This document shows positions 51,791 through 63,890 of a stretch of 64,000 nucleotides of DNA, one piece after another; positions within the stretch are counted from its first letter, which is position 1; every line of letters begins with the position of its first letter. Under the pieces are notes generated by a model. The model searched no databases. It was not told where the DNA came from and saw nothing but the letters and a program-made list of their open reading frames with translations. The DNA comes from Octopus sinensis (Eukaryota). The DNA lies in NCBI RefSeq assembly GCF_006345805.1, contig NC_043006.1, positions 71,114,001 to 71,178,000 on the forward strand, given 5' to 3'. The position numbers were made by a program, and so were the translations under genes.

Positions 51791-52466
51791 GAGATTATAA
51801 ACAACAGTGCTCATCAATAAGCGTTGTTTATCAATGTAAAGTTTCTGCAAAATCTAAAGAATGTTTTTACATTGGCATTTCATCCACGAAATTAAAGAAA
51901 AAACATTTGGTCACCCATCTTTCTACATTTAAGTATATTCATAAACGTAATACTACAGGTCTTAGTAAACTGATTTGGCATCTGAAACACTGTAATAAAC
52001 AATTTTCTTTGAATTGGAAAATTTCGTCAAGATCGTTTCCCTATAATAAAGGGAAATCTTTCTGCTCTCTTTGTACAGACGAACGACTATGTATCCTTTT
52101 TTCCAAGCACACACCGGTCAACAGCCATAAAGAATGTGTTTACGAGTGTTCACATTGGAAAAACACACCTTCAACTATTTCAAATAACATTTGCCCCTTA
52201 TCTAATATCTGAAACTTAAACTTTATTCATCCCATACTTCTTATTCTTCCCTTCCTCTTTTCTATCAATCTGTCATTCACTTTCTATTTGTATCTCCATT
52301 ACTCCTTTAATTCCCTTTCTCTCGTCCTATGACGTCAAATTTCTTAACGGTATTTTAAAATTACTAGCGTTCCCTACCCACCTTTGTTTTACATATATTT
52401 TATATATTATAGTTTTCTTACATCTGTAAAAATGACTTATTGATGACCACTGTTGTTTATAACCTC

Positions 52467-52550
52467 CTCCCTGATGAGATTGATGCCTTTTCCCACATTA
52501 TTCATCCTCTCGGATTTATTTTAATGCATCAATCGAAACATATGTCGGTG
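52467..52550 (+). ncRNA. Type-I hammerhead ribozyme motif
   Basis: ctcc CTGATGA gattgatgc...gcatcaatc GAAA catat GTC ggtg; perfect 9-bp stem II. Confidence 0.75.
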
Positions 52551-52846
52551 ATATGGTGATATAAATGATCTAAATAACATCTTGAGTGTTTGTCTCTATT
52601 TCCATTATTCTTATGTACTCCAAAACACGCCTCACTTCTCCTTGGAATTATCACCCACGCAAGTAGGATTACTAATTTCTTAGGCGCTTATGTGACATTT
52701 GGCTACCCTGTAACTGTTCCTCTGGATTATTTCTTGTAAATTGAATATATATACACACACACACACAACACGCACACACCACACACACACACACACAAAC
52801 AACACACACCACACACACACAACACACACACACCACACACACACAT

Positions 52847-52882
<36 letters not shown>

Positions 52883-52915
52883 ATGTGTATATATATATAT
52901 ATACATATACATATA

Positions 52916-54535
52916 CAGTTGCGGCCAAAATGTTCAGAACGGCATTGTTTTCGTTAGAAAAGTAGGTATAAGTTTTTATCAAAGTTGTTTTATATTCTAT
53001 AATTTTCACAGACAATAAATACAATATTAATTGTTATTGTCTGAGATTTTGGTGTAATTTGAGAGGATAATACAAAAGTTATGGATGATTTAGTGATTTA
53101 CTGCAAAACCCATGGCGGCCAAAATAATCAGAACGGTTGAAAAAATAAAATAATCAAAATGACAGAGAATACTGGAATTATTTAATATTTAGTGTGAAGC
53201 CCTTTAGCTTCAATCACACTCTGACATCTTCGACTGCATGAGGAAATTAAATTTTCAATTTCTTGCTGGGTGATCTTATTCCATTCTTCCTGAAGGGCAT
53301 TCCATAATTGCTCAGTTGTTTTAGGATTTCTGGCTTTCGAACGTTCTCCTAGAATATTCCACACATTTTCAATAGGATTGAGATCTGGGCTCTGAGCTGG
53401 CCAATCCATAACAATAACCTTTTCAGCCTTGAGGAAGTTCATGACCACCTTAGCCTTGTGACATGGGGCATTGTCCTGCATGAATATGGGTGGTCGCTTA
53501 GTTGAATTTCTCAGCACAGGCAAGACGTGATCTTTTACAAGTTGTTTATAAACTCCTGCAATTAACTTTCCATGTAATCGCACCAAAAGGCCCACACCAT
53601 CTCCAGATATCATTCCCGAAACCATGACACTTCCGCCACCGAATTTAACACTAGTCTTAAGGCATTTAGGCAACAATTTTTCACCTACTTTTCTACGAAC
53701 GTACCTTTTCCCATCTGAGCCAAATAGCATAAACTTAGATTCATCACTGAAATGCACCGTTTGCCATTTTCCTTGAGACCACAACACATGTTCGGTTGCA
53801 AAGGTAAGACGACACTTTATATTCTTGGAGCTGATCAGTGGCTTCACTGCAGGTGCTCTTGCTTGTAGGTCATGTTCAACTAACGACGAGACCAGTTTTT
53901 TCGAGATAAGTTTTCTTCAGTACAATGCTCATTTTCCGAGAAACAGCAGCAGAAGCTTTAAATCTATCCTTTTCCAACTTTATCATAGCACGATCTTCTC
54001 TCTTGGTCGTTTTTCTTGACCTACCTGTAAACTTTCTTGCTTCACACGAACCACAATCATCGTAGACCTTAAGAATACCGTGTACAACACTTTTTGACTT
54101 GTTAACAATCTTTGCAATAGATCCAATACTTAAATTATCTTTCCTTCGAAGCTTAATAATCTGCTGACGAATTGGTAACGGAGTAAGTGGCATTATATTA
54201 ACAAAGTACACTGCAAATATTCTTACTAATGTTTAGTAAACGAACCGTCAGGTAAACAAATTTAAAACATTAGAGTTCGCCGGTTAAATATACTAAAACA
54301 CGGAGTAAAAGCAACCGTTCTGATCATTTTGGCCGCCATGGGTTTTGCAGTAAATCACTAAATCATCCATAGCTTTTGTATTATCCTCTCAAATTACACC
54401 AAAATCTCAGGCAATAACAAATAATATCGTATTTATTGTATGTGAAAATTATAGAACATAAAACAACTTTGATAAAAAATTATATCTACTTTTCTGACGA
54501 AAACAATACCGTTCTGAACATTTTGGCCGCAACTG
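52916..54535 (-). mobile_element. Full-length Tc1 element with long IR/DR termini (1620 bp)
   Basis: CAGTTGCGGCC termini, TA TSDs and ~225-bp TIRs, each with an outer and an inner direct repeat. Confidence 0.95.
53182..54193 (-). pseudogene. Tc1 DD34E transposase with at least one frameshift
   Basis: SDESK, QDNAP and NPIEN with 34 residues counted between D and E; frame break near 53880-53900. Confidence 0.93.
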
Positions 54536-54732
54536 TATATACATGTATATACATATATACATATATATATATTATATATATAATATATATATATATATAT
54601 AATATATATATTATATATATATATATATAAATATATATATATATGTATATATATTTATTTATATATATATATTATATACAGATATATATGTAAACATATA
54701 TATATACATACATAATGCATATATATTATATA

Positions 54733-54765
<33 letters not shown>

Positions 54766-54809
54766 AATATATATATATATACATACATATATATATAGAT
54801 ATACATACA

Positions 54810-54845
<36 letters not shown>

Positions 54846-55395
54846 TGTATACATATACGAAGGAAAACGGATTCCATGAAAAACAGGCGAATACTTCTTT
54901 AACCACTCTGTACAAATCGAACTAGGTTAACGAAATTGTCCAGTTATTATGACAGCAATTTATATACACTGTTATTTATTTCTTGGGACTGGAACAACTT
55001 CGAAACCTCTTAAATTCTGTGTATTAACCACAGAGTATACTAGAAGAAACTTATAGAATGGCAGTGCATTATCAACGATTTATTTATCTTACACCCGTTT
55101 CGAATATCCTGGAACAACTCAAGCGCTACACATTGCTATATACATATTTAATAAATCCTCCGTTTGATTGACTAAAATGCCCGGGGGAAAGAGAAATCAG
55201 GTGCTGTTCTATTTTTTTAAAGCCAGAATGCTTCTTCTTTCTCTATGGCGTTTTCGATTAAATATGTATATGGAAATGTGCAGTACTTAGATTGTGCCAG
55301 GTTATACAAAACATGTGTAAGATAAATAATTACTTGATAATGCATCTCCATTCCTTAAGTTCTCTCTCTTGTTACACACACACACACACACACAT

Positions 55396-55463
<68 letters not shown>

Positions 55464-56064
55464 TATATAACATCCATATATAATGTATATATACATAAAT
55501 TCATACACACATACACACAGACACACACATGCTAATATCGAGTTGCAAGAAGGAGTGCACAACACCGCATAGGTGGATAAATATTCTTTATTTGTAACTC
55601 AACAAGGCTACCGATTGTTTCATGTAGAGAGATACTTCTCAACGATGACTAAGTCTGCCACTTGGGAACGTTGGTATTCTTCTCCACCTTGGATGAGAAT
55701 TCCGAAGCTATGCGAAACTGTACGAGATTTTAATATATAGATCTATGGTAAGTAAGGTGTGTTACTTGCTGTTTTCATCGCACAAGACGCAGTCAGTAAT
55801 ATTCAATTTCTGTAGAAGTGAGAGGGAAAGGACGAGGTGTCGGGACTATAGAAGGAAGTCTAACGTGCAAACGTACAACGTGTGTTTTCAGTTTTCAATG
55901 TTGTTGCTTAGATACAGTTCTGCTCCGATCCTGTAAACCGGAAATTAGAGATCTTCTGTTCGTGACCTTCTCGTTTTTATAATCTGACATATGGGGCTAC
56001 ATTGTAAAATGTTGTCCTTCCGTTTTTAAAAGTGCATTGTGTGGTTAAACAAAAATTTAGCTCC

Positions 56065-56380
56065 TATGAGTGGTGGTGGTGGTGGTAATAGTAGTAGTAG
56101 AGGTGCTGATGGTGATGGTGGTGGTGATGTTGGTAGTAGTTGTATTAGTAGTAGTAGTAGTAATGAGAGAGGTAGTGATGGTGATAGTGGTGGTGGTGGT
56201 GGTGATGATGGTGATAGTAGTAGTAGTAGTAGGAGTGGTGGTGGTAATGATGATGGTAGTAGTAGCAGTAGAAGTAGCGGTGGTAGTAGTAGTAGTAATG
56301 ATGGATGTGGTGATGGTGATAGTGGTGGTGGTGGTGATGATGGTGATAGCAGCAGCAGCAGCCGCAGTAGTAGTAGTAGT

Positions 56381-56418
<38 letters not shown>

Positions 56419-56460
56419 AATGATGATGGTAGTAGTAGTGGCAGTAGTAGTAGCAGTGGT
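56065..56460. repeat. (GGT/AGT/GAT)n compound array
   Basis: Directly visible. Confidence 0.9.
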
Positions 56461-56894
56461 GCTTATTTTATAGTATGTCAGCCGCGGTTCAGTTGGTCTA
56501 CGATCAAAGCCGTTCCATCCTTGATCATCTTATCTTATTACTTTTCGACGATAGTCTATCCATTCAGTGTCCTTTGTCTTTGACAATGGTGGGAGAAATT
56601 CGGGAGAGATTTGGCTGTTATTTCTAGCTGTTCGAGTGACCACGTAGAGCGAATCATGTTTTTACAAGATTACAATTTTACTGTGATGGTGGTTGTTGTA
56701 AGGTCGAATATTTATTGTGCATAACTGGTATTTATTGTACAGATGCTCAAAACGGGAAGAGGAGGTGTAAAGTAAATTTAGAGTCGGCGCTATTGTGGTT
56801 TACGTCGATCTCAATATATGACTGGTACTGTGTATATAGACACTGACGTGAAGAAACATGTAAACATGCAAAATCCTTGCACAGTAGCATTTAC

Positions 56895-57004
56895 TCCAAT
56901 AGAGCTGACGGTAGCATAGACGGTACTAGTACCGTCTGTGCCACTAGCACTATCTGTTCCATTAACACTAAGTGTGCCGTTAGCACATGTGTGCCACCGG
57001 CTAC
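56895..57004 (-). CDS. Candidate 110-nt exon or in-frame extension of the 57065 exon
   Basis: Acceptor gtacAG at 57005 and donor GGA|GTAAAT. Reads (G)SRWHTCANGTLSVNGTDSASGTDGTSTVYATVSSIG; GC-elevated. Confidence 0.35.
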
Positions 57005-57064
57005 CTGTACTGGCACTGCACAGATAATAGCAGAAGAAGAGCAATGAGGAGCAAAACAGCTTAC

Positions 57065-57358
57065 CTGATGACGTATGCAGTAGTCTGTTGTCACATTTGG
57101 AGGCGGCCCCGGGTGTTGTCATATACGAAGCCATGGAAGTCTGCGGCGGGCCAAGCGAGCTTCCTATAGGCGGTCCTGGCCATTCCATACCGGCTGCGGC
57201 AGCCATGTTGCTATGGAAATACATGCTTGGCAACGCCATATTGGGCAGTGGCGGGATGTTGGGAAGGCTGAGCCCTGAAAGAGCGGCTCCTACACTCGTC
57301 GCCCCTGGGTTGCTCATTGTGCCGCTAACACCACTTTTGGCGTTGGCGGAGTGCAAGG
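57065..57358 (-). CDS. Internal phase-1/phase-1 exon (294 nt) of an unidentified gene; low-complexity Pro/Gly/Ala/Ser/Met-rich segment
   Basis: Acceptor ttttctccatctattcacAG and donor CAG|GTAAGC. GC-rich open frame LHSANAKSGVSG...MEWPGPPIGSSLGPPQ...DNRLLHTSS. Confidence 0.8.
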
Positions 57359-57411
57359 CTGTGAATAGATGGAGAAAATAAATTGTAGTAGATAAACACA
57401 TTGATCCATGT

Positions 57412-57468
<57 letters not shown>

Positions 57469-57879
57469 TTCTATCACAATTATACATATAAAGAGAGAGC
57501 GAGTAATTAGTTGATTTACATATTTAACTATGAGCCGAAGAATTTGGTGGTGATTTCGACATATATAACTCCATAAACACATGAACCATAAACTATCCAC
57601 TGTCCATTGTTCTCTGTCACCATATCACAGCTGTTTATTGCCCCTTATAATGTTACCACATCACATCCGGCCAAGTGCTAATTGTCATCACTCCACAACT
57701 GACCACTGTACACTGCTTCCATACTACAGCTGTCCACTCTTAGGTATCTCCGTGTTTAGTTTAACACTGTTATGTTATGAATAATGCTTCTATCAACAAT
57801 CGTCTGTTTATGTCGGATTAATCGTTATAAGGCAGCTGTGTGCTTTTTAAATATTTTCCTGTTTAACTTTGATATAAAA

Positions 57880-58400
57880 TATAAAACAGAATACAGAATG
57901 CGTCACACTAAACCATAAACTAATGCTAATAATATATTAGAAAAATATATTGAAAATAATATATTACTAATAATACGTTACAAATAGTATATTACTAATA
58001 ATATTTTATAAAACTATTAAAATCAAAAATCCTCATAATCAGCAACAAATCACAAGGTATATAAACTGAAGAACCAATGAGTTTTCTTAATTTATAAATT
58101 CGCTTGTAAGCGTGAAAGCTGTAAACGTCACGACTCCAACTGTCATATTGGCCATACAAGCACAACACTTCTTCGTAGGCTCACCTTATGCTTTCAATAA
58201 GGAATAATTACAACAAGCTACCCAACAACATAAAATATATCTAGATAGGAAAATATTAAGGGACAACACATCTATACTATACGAAAATTGCACCCCGAAT
58301 AAATGATTATTATACTTGGCACAACGCATTACACATTACAAAAAATAGTCACTGATGACCTGAAAAATCGAACTGCTAGATTTGAAATTCTAGTGATAGT
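57880..58400 (+). mobile_element. Decayed Penelope-like GIY-YIG fragment
   Basis: IYKFACKRESCKRHDSNCHIGHTSTTLLRRLT. Confidence 0.65.
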
Positions 58401-58525
58401 ATCTATAGAAATCATATTCCCCTGATATAAAAGAGAAAGCATTTCATAACCTGTGGAAGTTTAGAAACGCTAACGAGAGATTGCAATTCAACATGGAAAA
58501 CAAGCAACGCCGGGTCCAACAGCTA

Positions 58526-58562
<37 letters not shown>

Positions 58563-58567
<5 letters not shown>

Positions 58568-59272
58568 TGCCAACTAAATGTGGCGGTTCTATGGACGATG
58601 GTGCTACCGTTGTTTTTAATCCCAGGAAGACATCTCCTCCAGCAGGCCAACGACACAGTCTGTGTCCAATTAGTATTTGCGAGGGAGGTCATCGCTCCCA
58701 GGAAGATGTAAGGCTAGACAGGAGCGATGACCTCCCTCGCAAATACTAATTGGACACAGACTGTGTGTCGTTGGCCCGCTGGAGGAGATGTCTTCATGGG
58801 GCTAAAAACAACAGTATCACCGTCCTCTATACGACCACCACATTTAGTTGGCAAATATATTTTACGATTTCTCTCGCCCAGAAATTTAATATAACTTATC
58901 TCTCTCTTTTACGAAATCAGCGACAGTGTGTCGCTAGAAAAAGGATATAGTATTTTGCGAGTGGAATTAGTTCTTCATTTCTAGTGATTAACACACACTG
59001 AAGACGGGTAACCACCCAGAAATTCGGGTCTGTGTGTATCACGTAAGACTAGAGATGGGAGCGATGGCCTCCCTCGCAAATACTAATCGGACACAGACTG
59101 TGAATAGTTAGCTAGCTGGAGGAGATGTCTTCCTGGAGCTAAAAACATCAGTAGCACCGTCCTCTATAGGACCGCCACATTTAGTTGGCAAATATGTTTT
59201 ACGATTTCATACTGTTACTATTTATCTCTGGCTCAGAGATTTAATATAAATTATCTCTCTCTCTCTCTTTTA
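58563..59272 (+). mobile_element. ORF-less hammerhead-containing ~337-bp tandem unit with inverted 5' copy (retrozyme- or mini-PLE-like)
   Basis: Inverted arm 58563-58698, direct repeats at ~58708-58912 and ~59043-59272, hammerhead in the spacer, (TA)n flanks. Confidence 0.75.
58991..59037 (+). ncRNA. Type-I hammerhead ribozyme motif
   Basis: acacaca CTGAAGA c gggt-aacc-accc a GAAA ttcgg GTC tgtgtgt; perfect 7-bp stem I. Confidence 0.75.
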
Positions 59273-59282
59273 TATATATATA

Positions 59283-59670
59283 CTAGCAATATCAACCGGT
59301 GTTGCTTGGGTTTGTTTCGACCCTTTAGAATTGGAATTTTTAAAAAGTAAAAATTTTGCATTATGCAACTTGTTATTCTCTTCAAGTGAACATTTTTCCA
59401 GTTGAAATACACCAAAAAATGGTGACACAGCAGTCAAAAATCGTAAAAAATAGGGATTTTCATAGAAAAAAGCACCTTTTTGATGTAAATAAATTTTGGT
59501 GTTAACATGGTCCGATTTGAATTTTATCTTCTACAGACTGAAGAGCAAGCCTTCTTCTATCATAATCTCAATTTTGGTCAACTTGCGATGCAGGGTCTCG
59601 AAGGAGATAGTGTTAGTTGAAGGCTACCAAACCTGCCACACACAGACAACTTCAGCTTTATATATAGAGA
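59283..59670 (-). mobile_element. Non-autonomous Helitron
   Basis: A|TCtctatatataaagctg 5' end; cccaagcaacaccgg degenerate hairpin then CTAG|T 3' end. Confidence 0.8.
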
Positions 59671-59709
59671 TTTGCTACACACTACTTTCCATCCTTAATA
59701 ATGAAACTT

Positions 59710-60420
59710 GGTAGATCCAAAAGTTAAACACACAGACACACACACAGATACACACACAGACACACACACAGATACACACACAGACACACACACAGATACA
59801 CACACAGACACACAAGTTGAGTTTTATATATATAGATTTCTCAACGGTGATTTCAGGGGAGAGTTTCAGGGAATCGTTGGCGATGTATCGTGATGATCAA
59901 AAATCCGGCCTGCTAAAATTTTGTTAAAGTGATTCAAACAGCAAACTCAACGCAAAATGGTCACATTTAATTCAAAGCGTTAAAAATGTTATGAAAACAA
60001 TTGGTATGTGTTCACAAAGTCCAAACGATTAATACGAAAAAAACCCTCCAGGCTACATCCCGAAAATTCATTTCTTTACCGAATTTCTACAATGTTTACA
60101 GCGATTCGTTTTTATATCTTGATTTTTTATTTTTCATGCAATTTACGCGTGGTGAACACAGTTCACGTCAAACAGCTGACTGAGTAAAGTTCACTATTCA
60201 ATGCATGGGATAAGGCCCAAACAAACACATTATCGATTTTTGCACTTGCGAGATGAATTTCGGAACAGAAATAGCGCAGTTCAATTTTCATTCGCCTAAA
60301 CTTTGAGTGACCCATTTTTGGTGGTTCTACGATTTGTTGGCTAGGAGGAGATGTGCCGGAAGTTAAACACACAGACACACATACAGATACACACAGACAC
60401 ACAAGTTGAGTTATATATAT
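59710..60420 (-). mobile_element. Two further Helitron 5' ends/bodies in tandem
   Basis: atctatatatataaaactcaacttgtgtctgtgtg at ~59836 and a related end at ~60420. Confidence 0.55.
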
Positions 60421-60464
60421 AATATTACATTCGCTATACATATTTTTAAATCTTTTCTCTTTTA

Positions 60465-61038
60465 CTTGTTTCTGTCATTAGGTTGTAGGCATGTTTGAGT
60501 ATGCTTTGAAGAATTTTTTTAGCCGAATGAATCGATCCCCCAGGACTTTTTTTAAAACCTGGTACTTATTCTATCGACCTCTTATACTGAAACGCTACGT
60601 TACGAAGACGTAAACACACTAGCACTAGTTATCAAGCGATGGTGGTGATGGTGGACAAACATAGACACAAAGACACACAGACACACTCACACACACACAC
60701 ATATGATGGGCTTCTTTCAGTTTCCATCTACCAAATCCACTCACAGGGCTTTAAATGAGCCGGAGACTACAGTAGAAGACACTTGCCAAAGGTGCAACGC
60801 AGTTGGATTGAACCCCGAACCATGTGGTTGGGAAGCAAGCTTATTACCACATACATGCGTGCACACACACACACACACACACACACATACATATATATTA
60901 TAGGCTTCTTTCAGTTTCCGTCTAACATCCGCTCACAAGGCTTTAAATGAGCCGGAAGCTACAGTAGAAGACACTTGCTCAAGGTGCCACGCAGTTAGAC
61001 TGAACCCGGAACTACATGGTTGGGAAGCAAACTTATTA

Positions 61039-61040
<2 letters not shown>
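60465..61040 (-). mobile_element. SINE family C copy plus duplicated 5' half
   Basis: 60465-60850 and 60905-61040 share tttaaatgagccgga. Confidence 0.8.
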
Positions 61041-61073
<33 letters not shown>

Positions 61074-62054
61074 TTTGCTCATTAGTGGCAATCATGCACA
61101 CACACACACACACACAACACACACATACACATAAACACACACACTCTCTCTAACATACAGATGCAGTATAGTGGTGTTATTTGATTCTATAAGTGAATTG
61201 ACGACACATACCACTAAAAAGCTTTATGTGTTAGTAAATATGCATTGAACTTAAAAAGGAATCGGGTGTCATGGCTTCCAGTAACAAAATGGCAACCATT
61301 TGCTGAATTACAGACCAAATTCCGTGTATTAAATCAACACTTTTATGTGTTGGAAATAATTTACTTATATTTTTTTTATAATTAACCTAGATTTTAATTC
61401 AATAGTATTTTCGTAGGTAAAGGAATTAACTTTAAAAATGTGATACTAAGGGAATTAACTTGAAAAAATGTAAGAAATAAACAGTTGGTTGTTACGATGG
61501 AAGTGATGACGGAGGCACCGGGAGTAACGTTGTTGATAATGGGAAAAAGAAAGGCAAAAGATAGTGTGTATGTGTGTGTGCGTGTGTGTATGTGTGTGTG
61601 AGTGAGTGTGAGAGAGAGAGAGAGAGAACGAGAGTGGGAGAGAGAGAGAGGGTGACCGAGAGAGGGAGAGAGAGGCATAGATAGACAGACAGAGATGGAA
61701 ACAGAGAGGGAGAGAGAAAAAAAGGCGGCAATGGTGGAATCAGTGAGGCGATAGAGAGAGAAATATAAGAAAGTGAGAAAGTAAGACTAGATTTCAAGAA
61801 GTGAGAAGCTGAGTAAAATTGGGAGTTAAAGTAAACATGCAAAAGAAACAGGATGAAAAGCAAATGGATGTATAAACACAAAGAGACAACAGGAGAAGGA
61901 ACAATATCAAGACATAGCGAAGTTTGTGACGTCACAGAGTCATTATCTCGTCTTTTTTAAAAACCCATTCTCTTTCTGCGTTTATTTGAAGTGTTTCTTC
62001 AGCTGAAAGTATTATTTAGCTGCAAGAAGGGAAAATGTAAGACCTTCTGTATTT

Positions 62055-62096
<42 letters not shown>

Positions 62097-62307
62097 CTGT
62101 TTGTATGTGTGCATGTATATGAGTGTAAGGATCTTTTCATTTTGAAGGCCAGATTTTCCTAGTTAACTAAACAATTTGAAAATGTAAAGACCTTCTGTAT
62201 TTACGTGTGGTGTGTGTGTGTGTGTGTGTGTGGTGTGTGTGTGTGTGTGTGTATGTGTGTGTGTGTGTGTGTGCCTGTTTGTATGTGTGCATGTATATGA
62301 GTTGTAA

Positions 62308-63321
62308 GGATCTTTTCATTTTGAAGGCCAGATTTTCCTAGTTAACTAAACAATTTGAAACTTCGTATACTGGTAGAGTGTGTCAAAAGAAAACATTATT
62401 GTAAACAAAATTGAAAACAAAATTGTAATTCGTAACTTAAACGTAGTTTAAATCTAAGAATTTTAACCAATGAAATCGCAGCATTCGAGCTCAAATTATT
62501 TACCTCTCTTCTGTCTTCTACACGTGCTAGAAATAACAGCTATATCTTTAATCGATTAATTTCGTCGCCCAATAAAAATATTAACGATATTTTTTGAATA
62601 TTTTCTTTATTTTTTTTTTACCGAAAAGGCTTCTCCCACGGTTTTGAAGGGCCAGAAGCAACAAAAACAAAACAATAATATGCCTAAATCGGTCTCGAGT
62701 TTGCGCGTGGAGTGTGAGTAGTATTGTAAAAATTTGCGAAATATTTTTTCATAAAAGGATGCCCCCAGCTTGTCGGAAGCTGTGATATAAATTGGGAAAA
62801 AATCCTTGACACCAGTGCGTAATTGGTACTTAATTTATCGACCCCGAAACGATGAAACATTGACCCCACCCTTCTGGTTTATTTACCTTTTGTGCAAATT
62901 TGTTGCGGCAAGTGGCAAAACACGAACGTGTAATGTATGCTTGTGTGCGTATGTGTGTGTATGTATATGTCCGTTTGTATGTGTGTGTACGCTTATATAT
63001 TAATTACTATGTGCTTGTGCAAATGTATATGCATGTGTTTGAGAGAGAGAGTGTGTGTGTGTGTGTGTGTCGTGCGTCTGCTATATTTCTTTATCAATAT
63101 CGATAACGCAGCAATGCTGGGATTTCATTGGTTAAAATTCGAAGATGTTGGGATTTCATTGGTTAAAATTCTTAAAATTAAACTACGTTTAAGTTACGAA
63201 TTACAATTTTGTTTTCAATTTTGTTTACAATAATGTTTTCTTTTGACACATTCTACCAGTATACGAAGTTTCAAATTGTTTAGTTAACTAGGAAAATCTG
63301 GCCTTCAAAATGAAAAGATCC
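62308..63321. mobile_element. Non-autonomous DNA transposon with ~170-bp TIRs and 8-bp TSD
   Basis: GGATCTTTTCATTTTGAAGG termini; GAGTGTAA at 62121-62128 (duplicated left junction) and 63322-63329. Confidence 0.8.
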
Positions 63322-63465
63322 GAGTGTAAATATAATACATATGAAAAGGTTCCGCACGAGTCGTTCCAAGCCTATATATAAATATCATTAAATGTCAAAA
63401 TTATAATGATATATTCTAAATTGTGTGTGTGTGTGTGTATATTAATATCTGTACACCACTGCAAA

Positions 63466-63502
<37 letters not shown>

Positions 63503-63509
63503 TTTTATC

Positions 63510-63890
63510 CATTTAGTTTTTTGCTGGTTCTTCGATTGTGACCATAATGGAGCACCGCCCTGAACGGTTTTGTAGAGCATATTGACCCCCATCCACCAAT
63601 AATAAATTTTTTCAACTTGGTGCTTATTTAATCCATGCCTATTTGTCGAACGTCTATGTTGCAGTACATCAACAACATCACTGATTTTAGGCGGTTTAAA
63701 TGTAAACACATTTACACGTGCTCTCCCTCCCTCTCCTTCTGTTACTGCTTCTGTCAACAAAATTTCACTCGAGGCATCAATCAACTCGAGGTCATAGAAT
63801 ACTCTAGCCCAAGGTGCTACGCAGTGGGACGGAACCCAGTATCTCATGGTTATGAAGCGAACATTTTAACCATACAGCCATACCTGTGTT
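63510..63890 (-). mobile_element. Degenerate SINE family C pieces
   Basis: atggagcaccgcc...; cccaaggtgctacgcagtgggacggaaccc. Confidence 0.6.

Larger units (their letters stand above)
51641..52745 (+). mobile_element. Penelope-like element: inverted pLTR, GIY-YIG fragment, pLTR
   Basis: Inverted repeat 51641-51820 vs 52434-52616. Coding remnant VVYQCKV...FYIGISST...CSLCTDE...CSH. Hammerhead in the pLTR; (TA)n flanks. Confidence 0.88.

Noticed and set aside
56985-57064. Similarity of SS|VPVQVAGG to the Pax6 C-terminal SVPVQVPG motif
   Set aside because: Only ~6 residues, dependent on a 49-nt intron, and the flanking peptide does not resemble Pax6. No gene symbol assigned.
58340-58400. CTGATGA at the end of the Penelope fragment
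   Set aside because: No NUH triplet in register with stem I; at most a decayed motif.
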